DNA of 64,000 nt, from assembly GCA_964016885.1 (NCBI GenBank), contig OZ024745.1, forward strand, positions 49,724,001-49,788,000, written 5' to 3'. Positions 40,836 to 54,277 of the stretch are shown piece after piece (the stretch's first letter is position 1; each line of letters begins with the position of its first letter). The stretch is from Eledone cirrhosa. Lineage: Eukaryota. Under the pieces are notes generated by a model. The model was not told where the DNA came from and did not search any database. It worked only from the letters and a program-made list of their open reading frames with translations. Made by a program: the position numbers and the translations under genes.

Positions 40836-43800
40836 ATGACAATAATGAATATTTTGTCATCAGATGATGAAGATTTGAAAAAGTCAAAACAGAAAACATC
40901 CAAGTAATTGTTCCGTTTCCTTTTATTTTCAGTGTTGGCTCTATGAAGAATGCACTCAGTACACTTTGTAAAATGGTTGGCATTAAGAAGGGAATCCAAC
41001 CATAGAAAACTTGCCAAACAAAGGGTTGTAAGGACTCTTCAGATGTGTCAAGAACACAACAAACTCCTTACTTCTGGGGCTTAGTGCTAATCTATTCAAC
41101 TCATGTCAACATGGAAAAACAGATATTAAAAGATGATGAGGGGGAAGAGGAGGAGGAATTAATGTCATCATCCAATTATTGAGGAGATTCTTGGGAAGCT
41201 TGCCATATGAAGTGGTAGTGGCAGCTAAATTCACTTTCCCAATTTATTCAACCACCTTATCATAACTTAACAAGTCCTTATTAAATCTTCCTCCTTCTCT
41301 TCAACATCATCATGTTCATTGTTGTCATCATTTTGTTTCCACTCTCCATACTGGCATGGGTTGGATGGATCATCAAAGCCTAAACTAGATGGATTAGGAA
41401 ACCACATCTTAGTCATACATTCGATATTTTAGCATGGTTTTTATGGCTGGTTGCCTTTCTGCAGTGTAGTGGGTACATTTTATCATGGCATCAGCATTAT
41501 CACTTTAACGAGTGTACTGGGTGCATTTTATTGTGGTACCAACATTGCCACTTTACAGAGTATACTGGGTGCATTTTATCATGTATCTAATTTTAGAATA
41601 GGAACACTGTACTCCTGTATGACATAAGAGGTGACTAAAAGGGTTGGTGCCAGGGAAGAGCATCTGATTACCTTAAAAAAAAAGCCTATGATCATTGTGA
41701 CCAGCCTCACAGTTAAAGGTTTTGTAAACATCATCATCATCATATGTCTGTTTTTCTATGTTAGCATGGGCTGGATGGGTCATTACAGACCAAATTAATA
41801 CTTAATTGGAGGTACTTTCTTCCTAGACCAGCCATTGGCCACTTCTTGCTTAATTACATTCCAGTTTTGGCATGGTTTCTACATCTAGATGCCAGCCACT
41901 TTACAGAGTGTACTCGGTGCATTTTATCATTGCACCAGTACTAAAGAGTCTTTTCAACTCTTTGGTATGTTTTTTTTTTATTGCTTGACACTCTTCCTAA
42001 CACCTATGACTTTATGAGAGTATACTGGGTGCATTTTATGGCACTGCCACTAGGGAGGTAGTCATGTTCTTAACTTTTTGGGGGACAGTTTTTATACCTT
42101 GATGCCATTTCTAACACCAATCACTTTACAGAGTGTAATGGGTGCAGTTTATTGTGGCATCAGCACTAGAGAGGTAGTCATGTCCTTAACTTGATTGAAG
42201 CCCCTCACTGTCTTATGTTGTTACAGATTGAATGTGAATCTTTTCACAGAGAGCACTGAGTGCACTTTATAGTGACACACTGGGAGGATGGAGCGACCAT
42301 GTTCCAATGCAAAGGTGTTAAAGACTGAAAATGGGAGGAGGCGGCTGTAAATCAACAGAAGAAAAAGTGAAAATTTAATTATCATTTCCATTATTTTATA
42401 GAGATATGGCTAGTCCTAGTGTATTACTTGGTCAGCAGAATATTGTACAGAATTATAAAAAAAGTAAAAAAAAGAAAACAGCAAAGTCCAAAACATCATC
42501 CAGGTAAGTTGACAGGAATTTTATATATCTATACTTTATATAGTCACTGGTATGGCTGTGTAGCTGAGAAGTTTGCTTAGCAACCACATGGTCTTGGGCT
42601 TTAACCCATTGTGTAACGTCTTATGCGAGTGTGGATGAGTTTGCTCGAATAAAGCTGGTCTTAGAAGCCATCAGAGAAGCCATGTACAAAATGTTGCTGA
42701 TTATGGTCTCAGATTTTTCATGTCAGGAATGGGGATAACAATGTGCTTTAATTGGTGAACTCCAGCACTATTTGAGAGTTAACCAAAACAAAACAGGATA
42801 CCTAAGTGGGAATAACGTTCATGTCCTTGGCAGGGCTAAAAAGTCATGTTTGTACCACCCATGTGTGAGAAAAAGGATCAAGTAATGGCATCAAATCACA
42901 CATAGCATCTTGTCACTTGTTAGTTTTCATTATCTGATACCCGTAACACAGGAGAAACCCCACCAATCTGTGTTGTATATGTTTTTTGTTTTATTTTTGG
43001 CATGCCTTTTAAAGCTGGATGACCTTCGTACCATCACCCACTGGTGTTTGAGGCATAACTTAACAAAGATTATTATATAAAAATTATAGGGCAGTTTCGA
43101 GCTGTTTGGTCAAAAGGGTTAAATATATTTTCTGAAAATATAATGTTATTAATTTTTAATATCCTGTAATGGTGTAGTAGAAACTATCTAAAAATGAGTT
43201 TGTTAATTCAAATGTTTATAACAGCTTTACTAGTGACAGGTTGTTGTAAAAATGTGTAGTATTGGAGTAAAAACTTTAAAATTTAATGTGATGCAGTCTT
43301 AGTACTGTTTTACACTTTTCAAGAATGTCTTATTATTAATGCAGTTTTATGTGGTACAGGATGTTAGGGGTGGGGGAATTTATCCCAGACCTCATTCACT
43401 TACCAAGTGGGGTGGAACTCATCAAATCAAACCAAGGAAACACTGCTTCTATTGGTTTTTCCATTGCTGATACTATTTACCAGTCACAACTTGCAGAATA
43501 TTAAAAATTAGAATCCATAAAAGAACTAGAAAATAAGTATTACACCTATGTGTGAAGTGTGATGCTGCATGGTAGTGAAATATGGGCAGTGACTGCAGAA
43601 GACATGCATAGACTGGAGAGAAATTAAGCTGTCATGCCAAAATATGAAAAGCTGAGTTTAAGAGGAATCCGAGGTGGTGTGTAACAGAGAAGGCTGCATT
43701 GGTATGGACATGTGATGGGCATTGATGATGATTGGTGGGTGAAAAAGTACCAGGAAATGCCAGTGAGCCGCAGTTGAGGTAGACTGAGAAAAACCTGGGG

Positions 43801-46800
43801 AGAGGTAATGAGAGCTGAGACTCAGAGGAGATGACAAAGAAACGCAGCAAGTGGATATACACTGTGCTGAGAAGAAACCATCCAACCCATGCAAGCATGG
43901 AAAAACAGACGTAAAAATGAGGATGATGATGATATAGTAACTGCTGTTGGATATAATAAATCATTTTCTTTTATCTTGCTTAGTGTCACAAAACCTGGAA
44001 ATAACGAGAAATATTTTCAAGTTGAAAAATCTGTAGCTAAATCTTTTGGATCAACAGACAGTACTTCTTTCTCACTGTTGTCTCTGTTTGGCAGAGATAC
44101 AGTTTCTGGAAAACAGGATAATGAAGGTAGGTGTTTATTCTCAGTGCATCTTTTTTTTTTTATATGTTTTGTAAAACACTTTGTAAAGTGTTAGTGCTGG
44201 TGTCATGATAAAATGCACCCATGCTGCTCAGTTAATTGGTTGGGTAATAGGAAGGGCATCCAGCTGTAGAAACCATGGCAAAATATGGCACATATGAACA
44301 AGATATGGTTTACCAACCATATCTTGTCTCAGATCATGGCCACCCATTTTGATATTCTTGTTGTTCCTTATGATATTATAAGATATTGGTGTATTTCAGA
44401 ACTTCAGGCCTCTGAAACTTTTTTTCTTACTCTTTCAGTTTCTACCAATGTAGAGAAATTGTTTGATTACTTCTATTACTCCAATCTAACTATGCTGGAG
44501 CTTTTTGATGTCTCTGTATATAGTTGCCAAATCATCATCATTGGTTTTACGTCCATTTTTCCATGTTTGTATGGGTTGGATGAGACCATTCAAATAAAAT
44601 ATCTCTCCAATTCTTTCTTTCCTTTGTCAGGTGTAATTTCTTGAGATTAATTTTCACCACCACTGCTTGCATCTTTCTGGGCCTTTCTCTTCCTAGGCTC
44701 CCTTCCACTTGGAATTCCTGGCTTTTTTTCACCCATTGATTATTTATATGGATTACATGTCTGCACCAATATAATCTTCTTTCCTGCATGCAAAATCTGA
44801 TTCCTAAAATCGAATACAAAAGCTGCTATGAGAACATTTCTTCCATCACAATCTTGTCTGATCACCATGACCCTATAAATCTGTAATAAAATACTTACTG
44901 TCTATAAAATGGAACTGTATGTTTAAATCATAGAGCAGCGTAACTCACAGTAAGTATTCTTTAAATAACTACATTTAGGCTATAGGATTCTTGACATTAA
45001 ACAATGGCTAGAAGTAGCAATCAAATCTCCCTCAAATCATAGCATACAATATACATTGGCTAATGTAGTACTGGATAGCCCTAAAAAATGGGATGGTTAA
45101 AGCCAGAATACTTGTGATCATAGGTTTCCTGGATCATGTCTGACCTGGGTCTAAACAACAACAGCAATGAGAGCAACCATTATTTCCTATCTTTCATTTT
45201 GTTTTATTTTTTAACAACATGACGTGTTTTTTATCTGTTCTTTTGACTATTTCCAAATTAGATGAACCAGTTGAAACCAAGGAACATCATCAAAGTCATA
45301 GTAAATTAAGAAGTAAAAAATACAATGAAATAGATGTCAGTGGTCAACAACATAAAAAAGTGTATGTAAATTCTATTTCTCTCCATTCCAAATTAGAACA
45401 TAAGCATCACTATGTAGTGAAGAAATTTGCTTCACAGTCACATAGTTTCAGGTTCAATCCAACTGTGAGACACTTTTGGTAAGTGTTTTCATAACTTCAG
45501 CTACTACAGGCAGATAGTATTGGTAATGGGAAGGCCAATGAAAATATAGTTTCCTTGGTTTGATCTGATGAATGACTTCTTTCTTTTTATAAAGCTAAAT
45601 GATGATGAGGCTGATGATATATATATATAAATGAAAATAGATATATTTATATCTATATGTGTGTGTGTGTATATATATTATCACCATCATTTAATGTCTC
45701 ATTTCCATAGGGTTCTTTACAGTTTCTTTCTACTAAATTCACTGACAAGTCATTCGTTAGCTCAATATGCCAATCTGTTTGTAAAGTGAACTTTTAAAAC
45801 TTTTTGATATTAAACTACCTGCTTCTATGATACACAGCTATTTGTTTTGAAATGTTTATATCTATCTAAAAACCTTCCAACACAATTTTGTGTACGAATC
45901 AGCTTTATAGTATTATTTAATCCTTCCAAATTCTTGATTATTTTCAAAATTATTTGAAAATCATAGGCTGTGTATTTCATTAGGAATATGGTAACAAAAA
46001 CCGTAACTACACAGCTATGTCTGGATCTACAATAACATACTTTACACTACACCATACCACATCACATAATGCCACACAAACATATATATATATATATCAT
46101 TTAAAACGGATGTTAATTGATGATTATCATCATCATCATTATCACTGTATATAAATATATATATATAAAAGCATGTACTGGGAGCATGGTTTCTATAGCT
46201 GGATGCCCTTCTTAATTCTAACCACTCTACAGTATGTACTGGGAGTATTTAATTATGGTTGGTGGTTATTTTATCTTAGTACTAACAGGACCACTTTACC
46301 GAGTGATCTGGATGTATTTTATCTTGTATATATCAGCATCATCATTTAAATAGTCGTTAAATGACAATCATATCTAGTATATACTCTCTCACACTCATGC
46401 ACACACACAAGAGAGAGATAAAGAAATTGTGAATAAGTTTTGAGTTGATAACTTAGTAGTTTCTGTTATTAAAGACTGTAAGGTACGAAAAAGAAAGTTG
46501 GCACAGAATTAGAATTACAAATGTCTACTACCTTAAAGCCAAAACAGTATTTAAGCAGCAGTTAACAAACAGCAAACAAAGACCTGCCATTCTTACCATT
46601 GTCTTAATACAAATGGTTTATTTCTTCTAACCCCTGCAGAGCTGCTTCTTTAGTAGGCCACCGCCATCCTACTGCATTGCCACCAACAACAACAGCAACA
46701 GCGGTGAAGAAGATGAATAACTTGGTTTTACCACAGAAGAGGACTTTGTTCTTTGTCGAAGATGATCCTAGGCTTTCTGGTAAGTTTGTGGATGGAGGGG

Positions 46801-49227
46801 ATAGGGCGAATTATCATTATTATTACTCTCATTGGCAGTATCTGTAGAGGGTCAGACGCCATGCTTTGACGCATAGAGTTACGGCCCTTGCCATTCTGAG
46901 TTCAAATCCCACCGAGGTTAACTTTGCCTTTCATCCTTATGGGGTCTATAAAATGAAGTACCAGTAATGTACTGGGTAATTGCTGGTCTTGTGCCAAAAG
47001 TAGAAACAATTATTACTCTCACTTGTCCATTTTTCTATTGTCATTCACAGTGTTGTCATTTCCTCCTTCACCTCGCACCCTGCACCCAATCATTCTACCT
47101 CCTCCACCTCATCTACCCCCATCTATTCCTAATCTCTTCCTCATCATCATCCCCTTTTCATTCCCCCTCCTTCACTCCTCGTTTTGCCCTACTTCCCAAT
47201 CCCCTCCCTATCCAACACCCCTCCATTCCCTCAACACTTCTCCCTCTCTCCCCCTAAGCATCACACCTCTATAACTTGTTCTACCCCTCCTTCATAATCT
47301 TGTATGTCTTGTTATTTCTTTCTTTTTTTTCCATCTTTTAATTATTAGTGTTTCTGATTTCTTTCTTTTTTTCTTTTTCCTTCTTTTCCTTTTTCATTTC
47401 TTGCTTTCCTTTTCTGTAGTAGTAGTAGTAATGGGGGTGGTGGTAGTACAGCACCAAACAGAATACCTACCATCATCATCATCATCATCATCATCGTTTA
47501 ACGTCCATCTTCCACGCTAGCATGGGTTTTAATTCATCTACCCATAGTCAGTAAACTAAAGTACCAGTTATGTACACAGAGGTAAACTTGCCATACAGAC
47601 ATTTGAACAATGCCTGGTGAGCTGATGGCTTGGGTAAAAAAATAAAATAGTTGAAAAATGTCATGATAACTGAAGCTATAGTGGCTGCACAAAGATTGCA
47701 ACAAAACTGGAACATGCAAGAACCAAATGATGAAAGCATACCTCTAACCCTCAGCAGTCTGTTAGTGTCAGCTAGATGCCTGGACCAGTTTTAAGACCCT
47801 ATCCACTTCTATATGTGACTGGTAAAGTGTCACTTGATTCTGATTTTGTCTGCTCTCAGTGTCAGAAATCATTATCGTTGTTATATATATTGGAGATGGC
47901 AGAATCCATAGAACATTCGACGAAATGTTTTGTTATGTCCCTTTACAGTCAGAGTTCAAATCCCACTGGGATTAATTTTGTTTCTAATCTATTTGGGGTT
48001 AATAAAATATGTACCAGTCAAATAATAGGGCCGACATAATCAACTATACTCCTCCCTCTATATTTGAGGCTTTGCTGTGTTTATCTGGTTTAAATTAGAT
48101 ACATTCTATTTTTGCATTTTGTAAGCAATGGCTAAAAGAGTTGGCACCAAGAATGGAATTTGACCATAAACTTCACCTAAAAAAAGACCCCATTATTAGT
48201 ATGAAGCTTGTCATAGGACCTGCAATGCTAATCTTTGCTTTAGCAGGGAAGATGGCTTTAACACTTGTTTTGATTTGTTAAAAATCATTATAGTTGGTTC
48301 TAAGAGGCAAATTTCCTAGTGTGAATGATCTGCTCTACAAACATTACATGTATTTGCCAGACTTATTTGGTGAGGTCTTGGCAGATATCTACTGCAACTG
48401 GCAGTAGAACGGAATAATTCCCAATGGTGTGAGCTAGGGAGTGGTTGTGCTACTGAAGAAGGATGAGAATAAGAGGGCATTATTGATAATTTCCAGCCCA
48501 TAACACTGCTGGATCCAGAGTTTAAGATATTGATTAAGGTGCTAGCAAAGAAGTTTGTATTTGTTGGCAGTGTTGTTTTGGACCTCTGTGAGTTCCAGTG
48601 ATGTTCCTTGAAATTAACATGAAAGTGTCTGAGCATTCCACATACACATGTACTCCTAATGTAATTCTCAGGGAGATTCAATATGACATATGTGAAAAGG
48701 CTGGCTCTTCGAAATAGTGGTCGACTCATTTTCTTCCAGCTGAGTTCACTGGAGCAAAATAAAATAAAATGCCTTGCTCAAGGACAACATAATTTGTATT
48801 TTCCTGTTCTTTATTGTAGATGGCGTAAAATATTTCCACCGCAAGCATTCTGAAGATGAATTATGGACAAAATGGACATCAGGTTTTAAAAATGAGGTCA
48901 GAAATGTAAGTACCATCTGCTATTGTTGGGGGTCAATCATTAATTCTACTGTTGCTCTTCTACTATAGCTTTGAGTTGACCAATACTGTATCAGTTGAAT
49001 TTGGTTGGTATAGTGCATTCACTACCATCATAGAATATCTGTTTTCCCTGCTAGCAAGGGGTGACTGGGTCATCACACACAAAATCAGTACTTAACCAGA
49101 GTCACAACTTACATACATTCCCACACTTTACAGATTGCACCCTGCATTTTATCATGTCACCAACACTAGAGAAGTTGTACCCTTGACACAACTGAAGAGT
49201 CATCTTAACTCTTTGTGTGTTTGTTTG

Positions 49228-49269
<42 letters not shown>

Positions 49270-50478
49270 GTTCAAGGAGACAACAAACAGGTACAAAAAG
49301 TCTTATTAGTTTCACGTTTACTATTGGAAAGAGGAAAGAAAGTTTATATATATATATATCTTTTTACATTCGCTTTTCAATGTTTATATATATATATATA
49401 TATATTTATTTACACATATGTAATTGAAAATAAAAGGTTAAGAAATCCTCATCATTAGTGGTTGTTTTGATGCCATGATAAAATACACTGTAAACTGGTT
49501 GATGTTAAGAAAAGCATCTAATCATAGAAACCTTGCCAAAATGGACCATATGAACAAGATGTGTTTCTCTGACCCATCAAGTTTCTGACTGACAACATGT
49601 CCAATCCAGAACAATATGGAAAACAGGCATAAAATGATGATTATATATATTTGTTTATTTAAAAAATTTTTTTACACAATTGTATGTAAAATCCCCATCA
49701 TATGTCCTTGTATTGTCCCCTTTTCTTGTGCGCCCTTGTGGCAAATAAAGAAATATATATATATGTGCATGTGTGTTTCTATGTCTGTTTATGTGTCATA
49801 ACTTAGTGGTTCAACAAAAAGAGATTGATAAAATAAGTACTAAACTTGAAAAAAATGAGTGATAGGGTTGATATGATTGATTAAATCCTTTCAAGGCAGT
49901 GCTCCAGCATGATAGCAGTCAAATGACTGAAGCCAATTAAAGAGTAAAAGGATAAAAACAACATTGTAGGCAACAGGTATGATGACTATGTGGTTGAGAA
50001 TCTCACTTTTCAATTACATAATCACTGTCGTCTCTGTTGTGTTCTATTTTAAATTCAACCTCTCTGTTACCAACTTGCCCAAAAGCCCTTCCAACATAAT
50101 TTTATATTAGAACCATTTGTTAAGTAATGTTACAAGTACCATCTTAATAATGAAATAATTAAAAAAAATCTTAGTAAATTCCCACAAATTCTTCATTAAC
50201 CCATGCTAGCGTGGAAAATGGACGTTGAACGATGATGATGATAGTTTATTTCATTAGAAATATGGCCGTAATATGATTAAATCTAAATGTAAAACCCTGT
50301 TCTATTTTAGATTTAAATTGTAACGCTATTCTATTTTAAATTTAATTGTAAAACCCTGCCTTCTTTTCTATTCCAGCTTTTAATCACACGTCGAAAACGG
50401 GCTCTCAAATCAATTTCTGATGGATATGATAAACTACCGAAGAAAATGAAATTCAATGAAAATAATTTACATAAATAA
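40836..50478 (+). CDS. NOL8-like protein, C-terminal part only; 7 coding exons, 246 aa
   Basis: Exons 40836-40903, 42402-42503, 43984-44126, 45262-45361, 46640-46779, 48820-48905, 50377-50478 join in phase with GT-AG introns and no stops (741 nt): MTIMNILSSDDEDLKKSKQKTSKDM..KKSKKKK..NEKYFQVEKSVAKSFG..SFSLLSLFG..RTLFFVEDDPRLSDGVKYFHRK..ELWTKW..LLITRRKRALK. The motif order matches the NOL8 C-terminus as recalled (EMYYNI..FTFSFF..FFFFSKNDERLQG..SW..RKKHKDAKRK). Confidence 0.8.
43530..43880 (+). mobile_element. RTE-clade LINE 3' fragment (relatives at ~18440-18650 +, ~27990-28320 +, ~44640-44810 -)
   Basis: MLHGSEIWAVT..RLHWYGHVM..WVKK..GRLRKTW, the RTE C-terminal signature; degenerate. Confidence 0.7.
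46831..47012 (+). mobile_element. SINE copy (same family as 6871-7049)
   Basis: Near-identical to 6871-7049. Confidence 0.8.
48330..48575 (+). mobile_element. L1/Tx1-like LINE RT fragment
   Basis: VVVLLKKDENK..IIDNFQPITLLDPEFKILIKVLAKK resembles the N(Y/F)RPITLLN.DYKILAKVLA motif. Confidence 0.65.
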
Positions 50479-50520
50479 AAATATTTTAATATATTTTCTT
50501 TGTTTGTGTGTTGTTTTATA

Positions 50521-50745
50521 CTCATTAGCAGGTGTAGTGTTGTTTTGTATTAATTAGCAACTGTAGTATTGTTTTGTACTCAGCAGGTGTAATATTGTTT
50601 TGTACTCAGCAGGTGTAGGGTTGTTTTGTATTAATTAGTAAGTGTAGTGTTGTTTTGTATTCATTAGCAGGTGTAGTATTGTTTTATACTCATTAGCAGG
50701 TGTAGTGTTGTTTTGTATTAATTAGCAGCTGTAGTGATATTTTTG
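50521..50745 (+). repeat. GT-rich minisatellite, ~7 copies of a 28-32 bp unit (CATTAGCAGGTGTAGTGTTGTTTTGTA)
   Basis: Direct tandem copies just 3' of the NOL8-C stop codon. Confidence 0.9.
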
Positions 50746-53309
50746 TAGCGATAGTTATTGCAGTACTTGTGTGTATGTGGAGGCACATGGCTAAAATGTT
50801 GGGATCACAATAATAAGGTAAGTTTCATTCCCAGACAGGATGGTGTGTTTGTCCTTGAGTAAGACTCTTTATTTCATGTTGCTGGTAAAAATGAGTAATG
50901 ATGACACTGGTGCCAAGCTATTCCTTTCTCTTGGACAACATCGGTGGAGAGACTGGCATTTTTGTGCGACTGCTAGTCTTCCACAAAAACCTATTCCTAT
51001 TGGAGAGGAAATTTCCAGGTACAAACCCATGGTCAGTCTTGACCAGGGTAGACTTTCTTATGTCCTATATTATGTGTGTTCGTTTAAAATAGGTATATTA
51101 TATCCTTGCATGTTGTAAGAAGTGAATAAAGGGTTGGCACTGAAAAGTTTGAAAGGCAAAGTTGATCACAGTGGAATTTGAGCTCAGAATGGAAGGAGCT
51201 AGAAATGAGGATTACTAAATTACAGCTATGTATATATGAACCCATAACTGCTGGTCATAAGGGTGCTGTCGTGACAGCATTTCATGAGCATTTTAAACCT
51301 GGCAAAATCCATCAACTCTCCAGGTCTGAACGCAGCCAGTTTTCTTCAATAGAAGTATAAAAGGTGATGTTAAACTCTGACTATAGAGTCAGAACGTATA
51401 CAACAAAGCATTCTATCTGACAATAGAGACAAAAAGATTACTATAAATAGTAATACTATTATAGTTAAAATGAGTATGGCCAGTATTCACATCTTTCTTT
51501 TAGGGTCTCAGAGATTGGTGGGTCAATATCACTTAGGTATTATTTGAATCATAACTGGTGCAGTCAGACATTAGATTGCTACTCCTAGACATTTGAATGT
51601 GTGTCCATCATGGCATTTTAATGAGCATTAAGAATACTTAGCAATGCCCATATCCTTTCCAAGCATCCAGTCCCTTACCAAGTTTAACCTGCCTGCAGTA
51701 GCAGTTATTGGAGTGTGGCTAAAAAATGTCTGGTTCTAAAAGCTGAGAACCAGTATACCTGTTCACCGCTAAGGATGCCACTATCAAACATCAAGGTATT
51801 TTCTCTATCCATAGAACCTGGTTTTGAGATGTTTCTTCAAATTCTGAATAACTTGAATAGCTGTAGAGATGAGTAGAATAATTTGAGGATAGTGGAGAGT
51901 CATCTAGCATCAGTAGAAGAGATGGATGAAGGGCACTGCTCTACTGTTCTCTTGTTGCAACAGTAGTGATGACAGATAGACTACAAATCCCCACAGTGCT
52001 TTCTTAGAGCAGTAATAGTGGTGATGGATGTAGTTCACAGTTCTACAGAGATGTGTCTTACAGTAGTGATGGATGCTGGGGAACTCCACAGTGCTCTCTT
52101 GATGCAATACAGGAAATATAGATTGAAGGCAAAGTTGAATGGTGTGAGTGTTGGGACAGCGTTAATAAATATTGAATAAAGATATGTAACTATATTTCGC
52201 AAAGTATGTTGTCCGACGTTCTACTGATACTGACAATCCGCTGGTCTTTTTAATTTAGTCACATAGCCAGCAAGCTTAGGCGAAGGGAAAAGTTGATTAA
52301 ATCAACCCCAATATGTGGTGGCTACTTTATATTATCGACACTGAAAGGATAAAAGGCAAAGTCGATCTTGGCGGGATTTGAACTCAGAATAAATACTGCA
52401 ATTCTTCCAATCGATCATCGATCCGGCGTTAATAAATATTGAATTACGTATCCATTTGTCATTGTCTTTCAAGATGTTCTTGGGTGTGTGTATTCGACGC
52501 CCTCTGTTCCAACAACAAATGTTCCAATTGTTTGAACAATGGAACAACCTGCTTGTGAGGTTAGTTTGCAAATGGTTGACCATTCCACAAATACGTGCCC
52601 TCTTAATGTAGTACACAAGATGGTTTAGCTTTACAGGGCTAGCCATTTGAATTACAGGTACAGCTGAGTAAATAATAATAAGAAAAGTGTCTTGCTTGAG
52701 GACATATCGTGCCTCTGGGAATCCACCTCACGCCCTTACAATCGTGAGCCTAACACCCTAACTACTAAGCCACATAGCTTCACAAAGCTGTCAGTTGAGT
52801 CAATTCCAATTTATTGTGATCCATGTGGTGAAAGGTTGTGTTGAGACCTACTGCTACCAAAACCATCCGTTTGGGTGGTTTTGGTAGCTGTAGGTATCTT
52901 ACGGTAAGTTTCTGTTACCATATAGAGGAGAGCTCTCTGGGTGACAGGGGAACTACTCTGATTCATTTTTGGAAATTTTGATTTTGGAGTTTTGTGGATT
53001 TGTATGGATTCTTCAGAAAGAAAATCTCCAATCATTTCTCTGGAGAGCCCATGTAGGCCAAACATTATGTAAGATTTATGTAAAGAACTTGTTTTAACGG
53101 CTTGTAACTCCTTCATTCATTCATTTGCTTACACCTGCTCTGCTTGAACAATCTGCTAAATATTAAATCTTCCTAACTAACCCAAGCATTGAGCACATTC
53201 TGCTCCAGCTATTGGCATTTAGTAATCTGTATCGCACCTATCTGTACCTCTCTATTTCCTTCTCTCCTACGATACATATATCCTATTATATATATATATA
53301 TATATCAGT

Positions 53310-53872
53310 GTGGTTTTTACTTGGAATCAGCACAGCCGACCACTGTGGTAGGTCTTTGAGAAATCGTGAGAGAACTGCTAAGACTTGTGTATTCTTGCTT
53401 TGTAGACCCCGAAAATGCATTTGACCGCGTTACATGGGACCTGCTGTGGAAGGTTTTGCAGGAGTATGGGATCGATGGTCAGCTTCTTGTTGCCCCGATG
53501 TCTCTAGACAAATATTTGTGATCGGATAAATGGTGTTAAATTGAAATATTTCAATGTGGGAGCCGGACACCGCCAAGGGTGTGTACTATCACATCTCCTG
53601 TTCATTATTTTCATGAACAGGATTGACATGCGCAGCCGGGTTGGAAGTGGTGTCACGACTGGCAGATATAGGATCAGTCGGCTGGAATTTGCTTAACTCG
53701 TCGGAATATGATCTCTGACATGCACTTGATGGTTTGATGCCAAGTGCTGCATGGCTGGAATGAAAATCAGTGCTACGAAGACTAAGACACTCGTTTCCTC
53801 AAGGATGCCTGCGCAGTGCAATACACACGTGAATGGACTTCCACAGAAGCAGGTGGAGAAGTTCAATTATTG
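53310..53872 (+). mobile_element. RTE-clade LINE reverse transcriptase fragment
   Basis: VDPENAFDRVTWDLLWKVLQEYGIDGQL..VGAGHRQGCVLSHLLFIIFMNRI..GMKISATKTK..QVEKFNY, interrupted by frameshifts and stops. Confidence 0.85.
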
Positions 53873-53879
53873 ATCCCAG

Positions 53880-54277
53880 ATGCACCTCGTGTATATCATG
53901 TTGTGACCGGATTTAGAGGATCAACAAAGCATTCTCTCCACCCCGAGAGGTTACATCTCTCTGAAGAGAAGCGAACTCCAGACATGTTCCTGATAGAAGG
54001 TGTGGAGGAGGACTTCTTATTACGTAGTAGGCATATGGTCTGCCAGAACACTTTATTTGCTGTTCTGAAGTCAGATTCCAGCTTAATCCCCAAAGTCTTC
54101 CCATGTACTAACTTTGAAAGCATTTACTGTCTCTGCTGTAAATTTTCGTGCCTGCTTGTACCGCAAGTGCAAGAAGGAGGACTTATTTCCAAGCAAAGCT
54201 TTGTAGGCCCCTTTCTTTGCTTGCATGACATCTTTGAAGTTGAGTGATAGCATACACGCTTTCTGATAAAAACCCAA
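53880..54277 (-). mobile_element. RTE-clade LINE endonuclease-RT linker fragment, inverted
   Basis: AKKGAYKALL..RYKQARK..WEDFG/KLESDFRTANKVFWQTI..WRECFVDPLNP, typical of the RTE inter-domain region. Confidence 0.8.

Noticed and set aside
51480-53230. Probable old retroelement fragments on the minus strand
   Set aside because: Too degenerate to assign a family from sequence alone.
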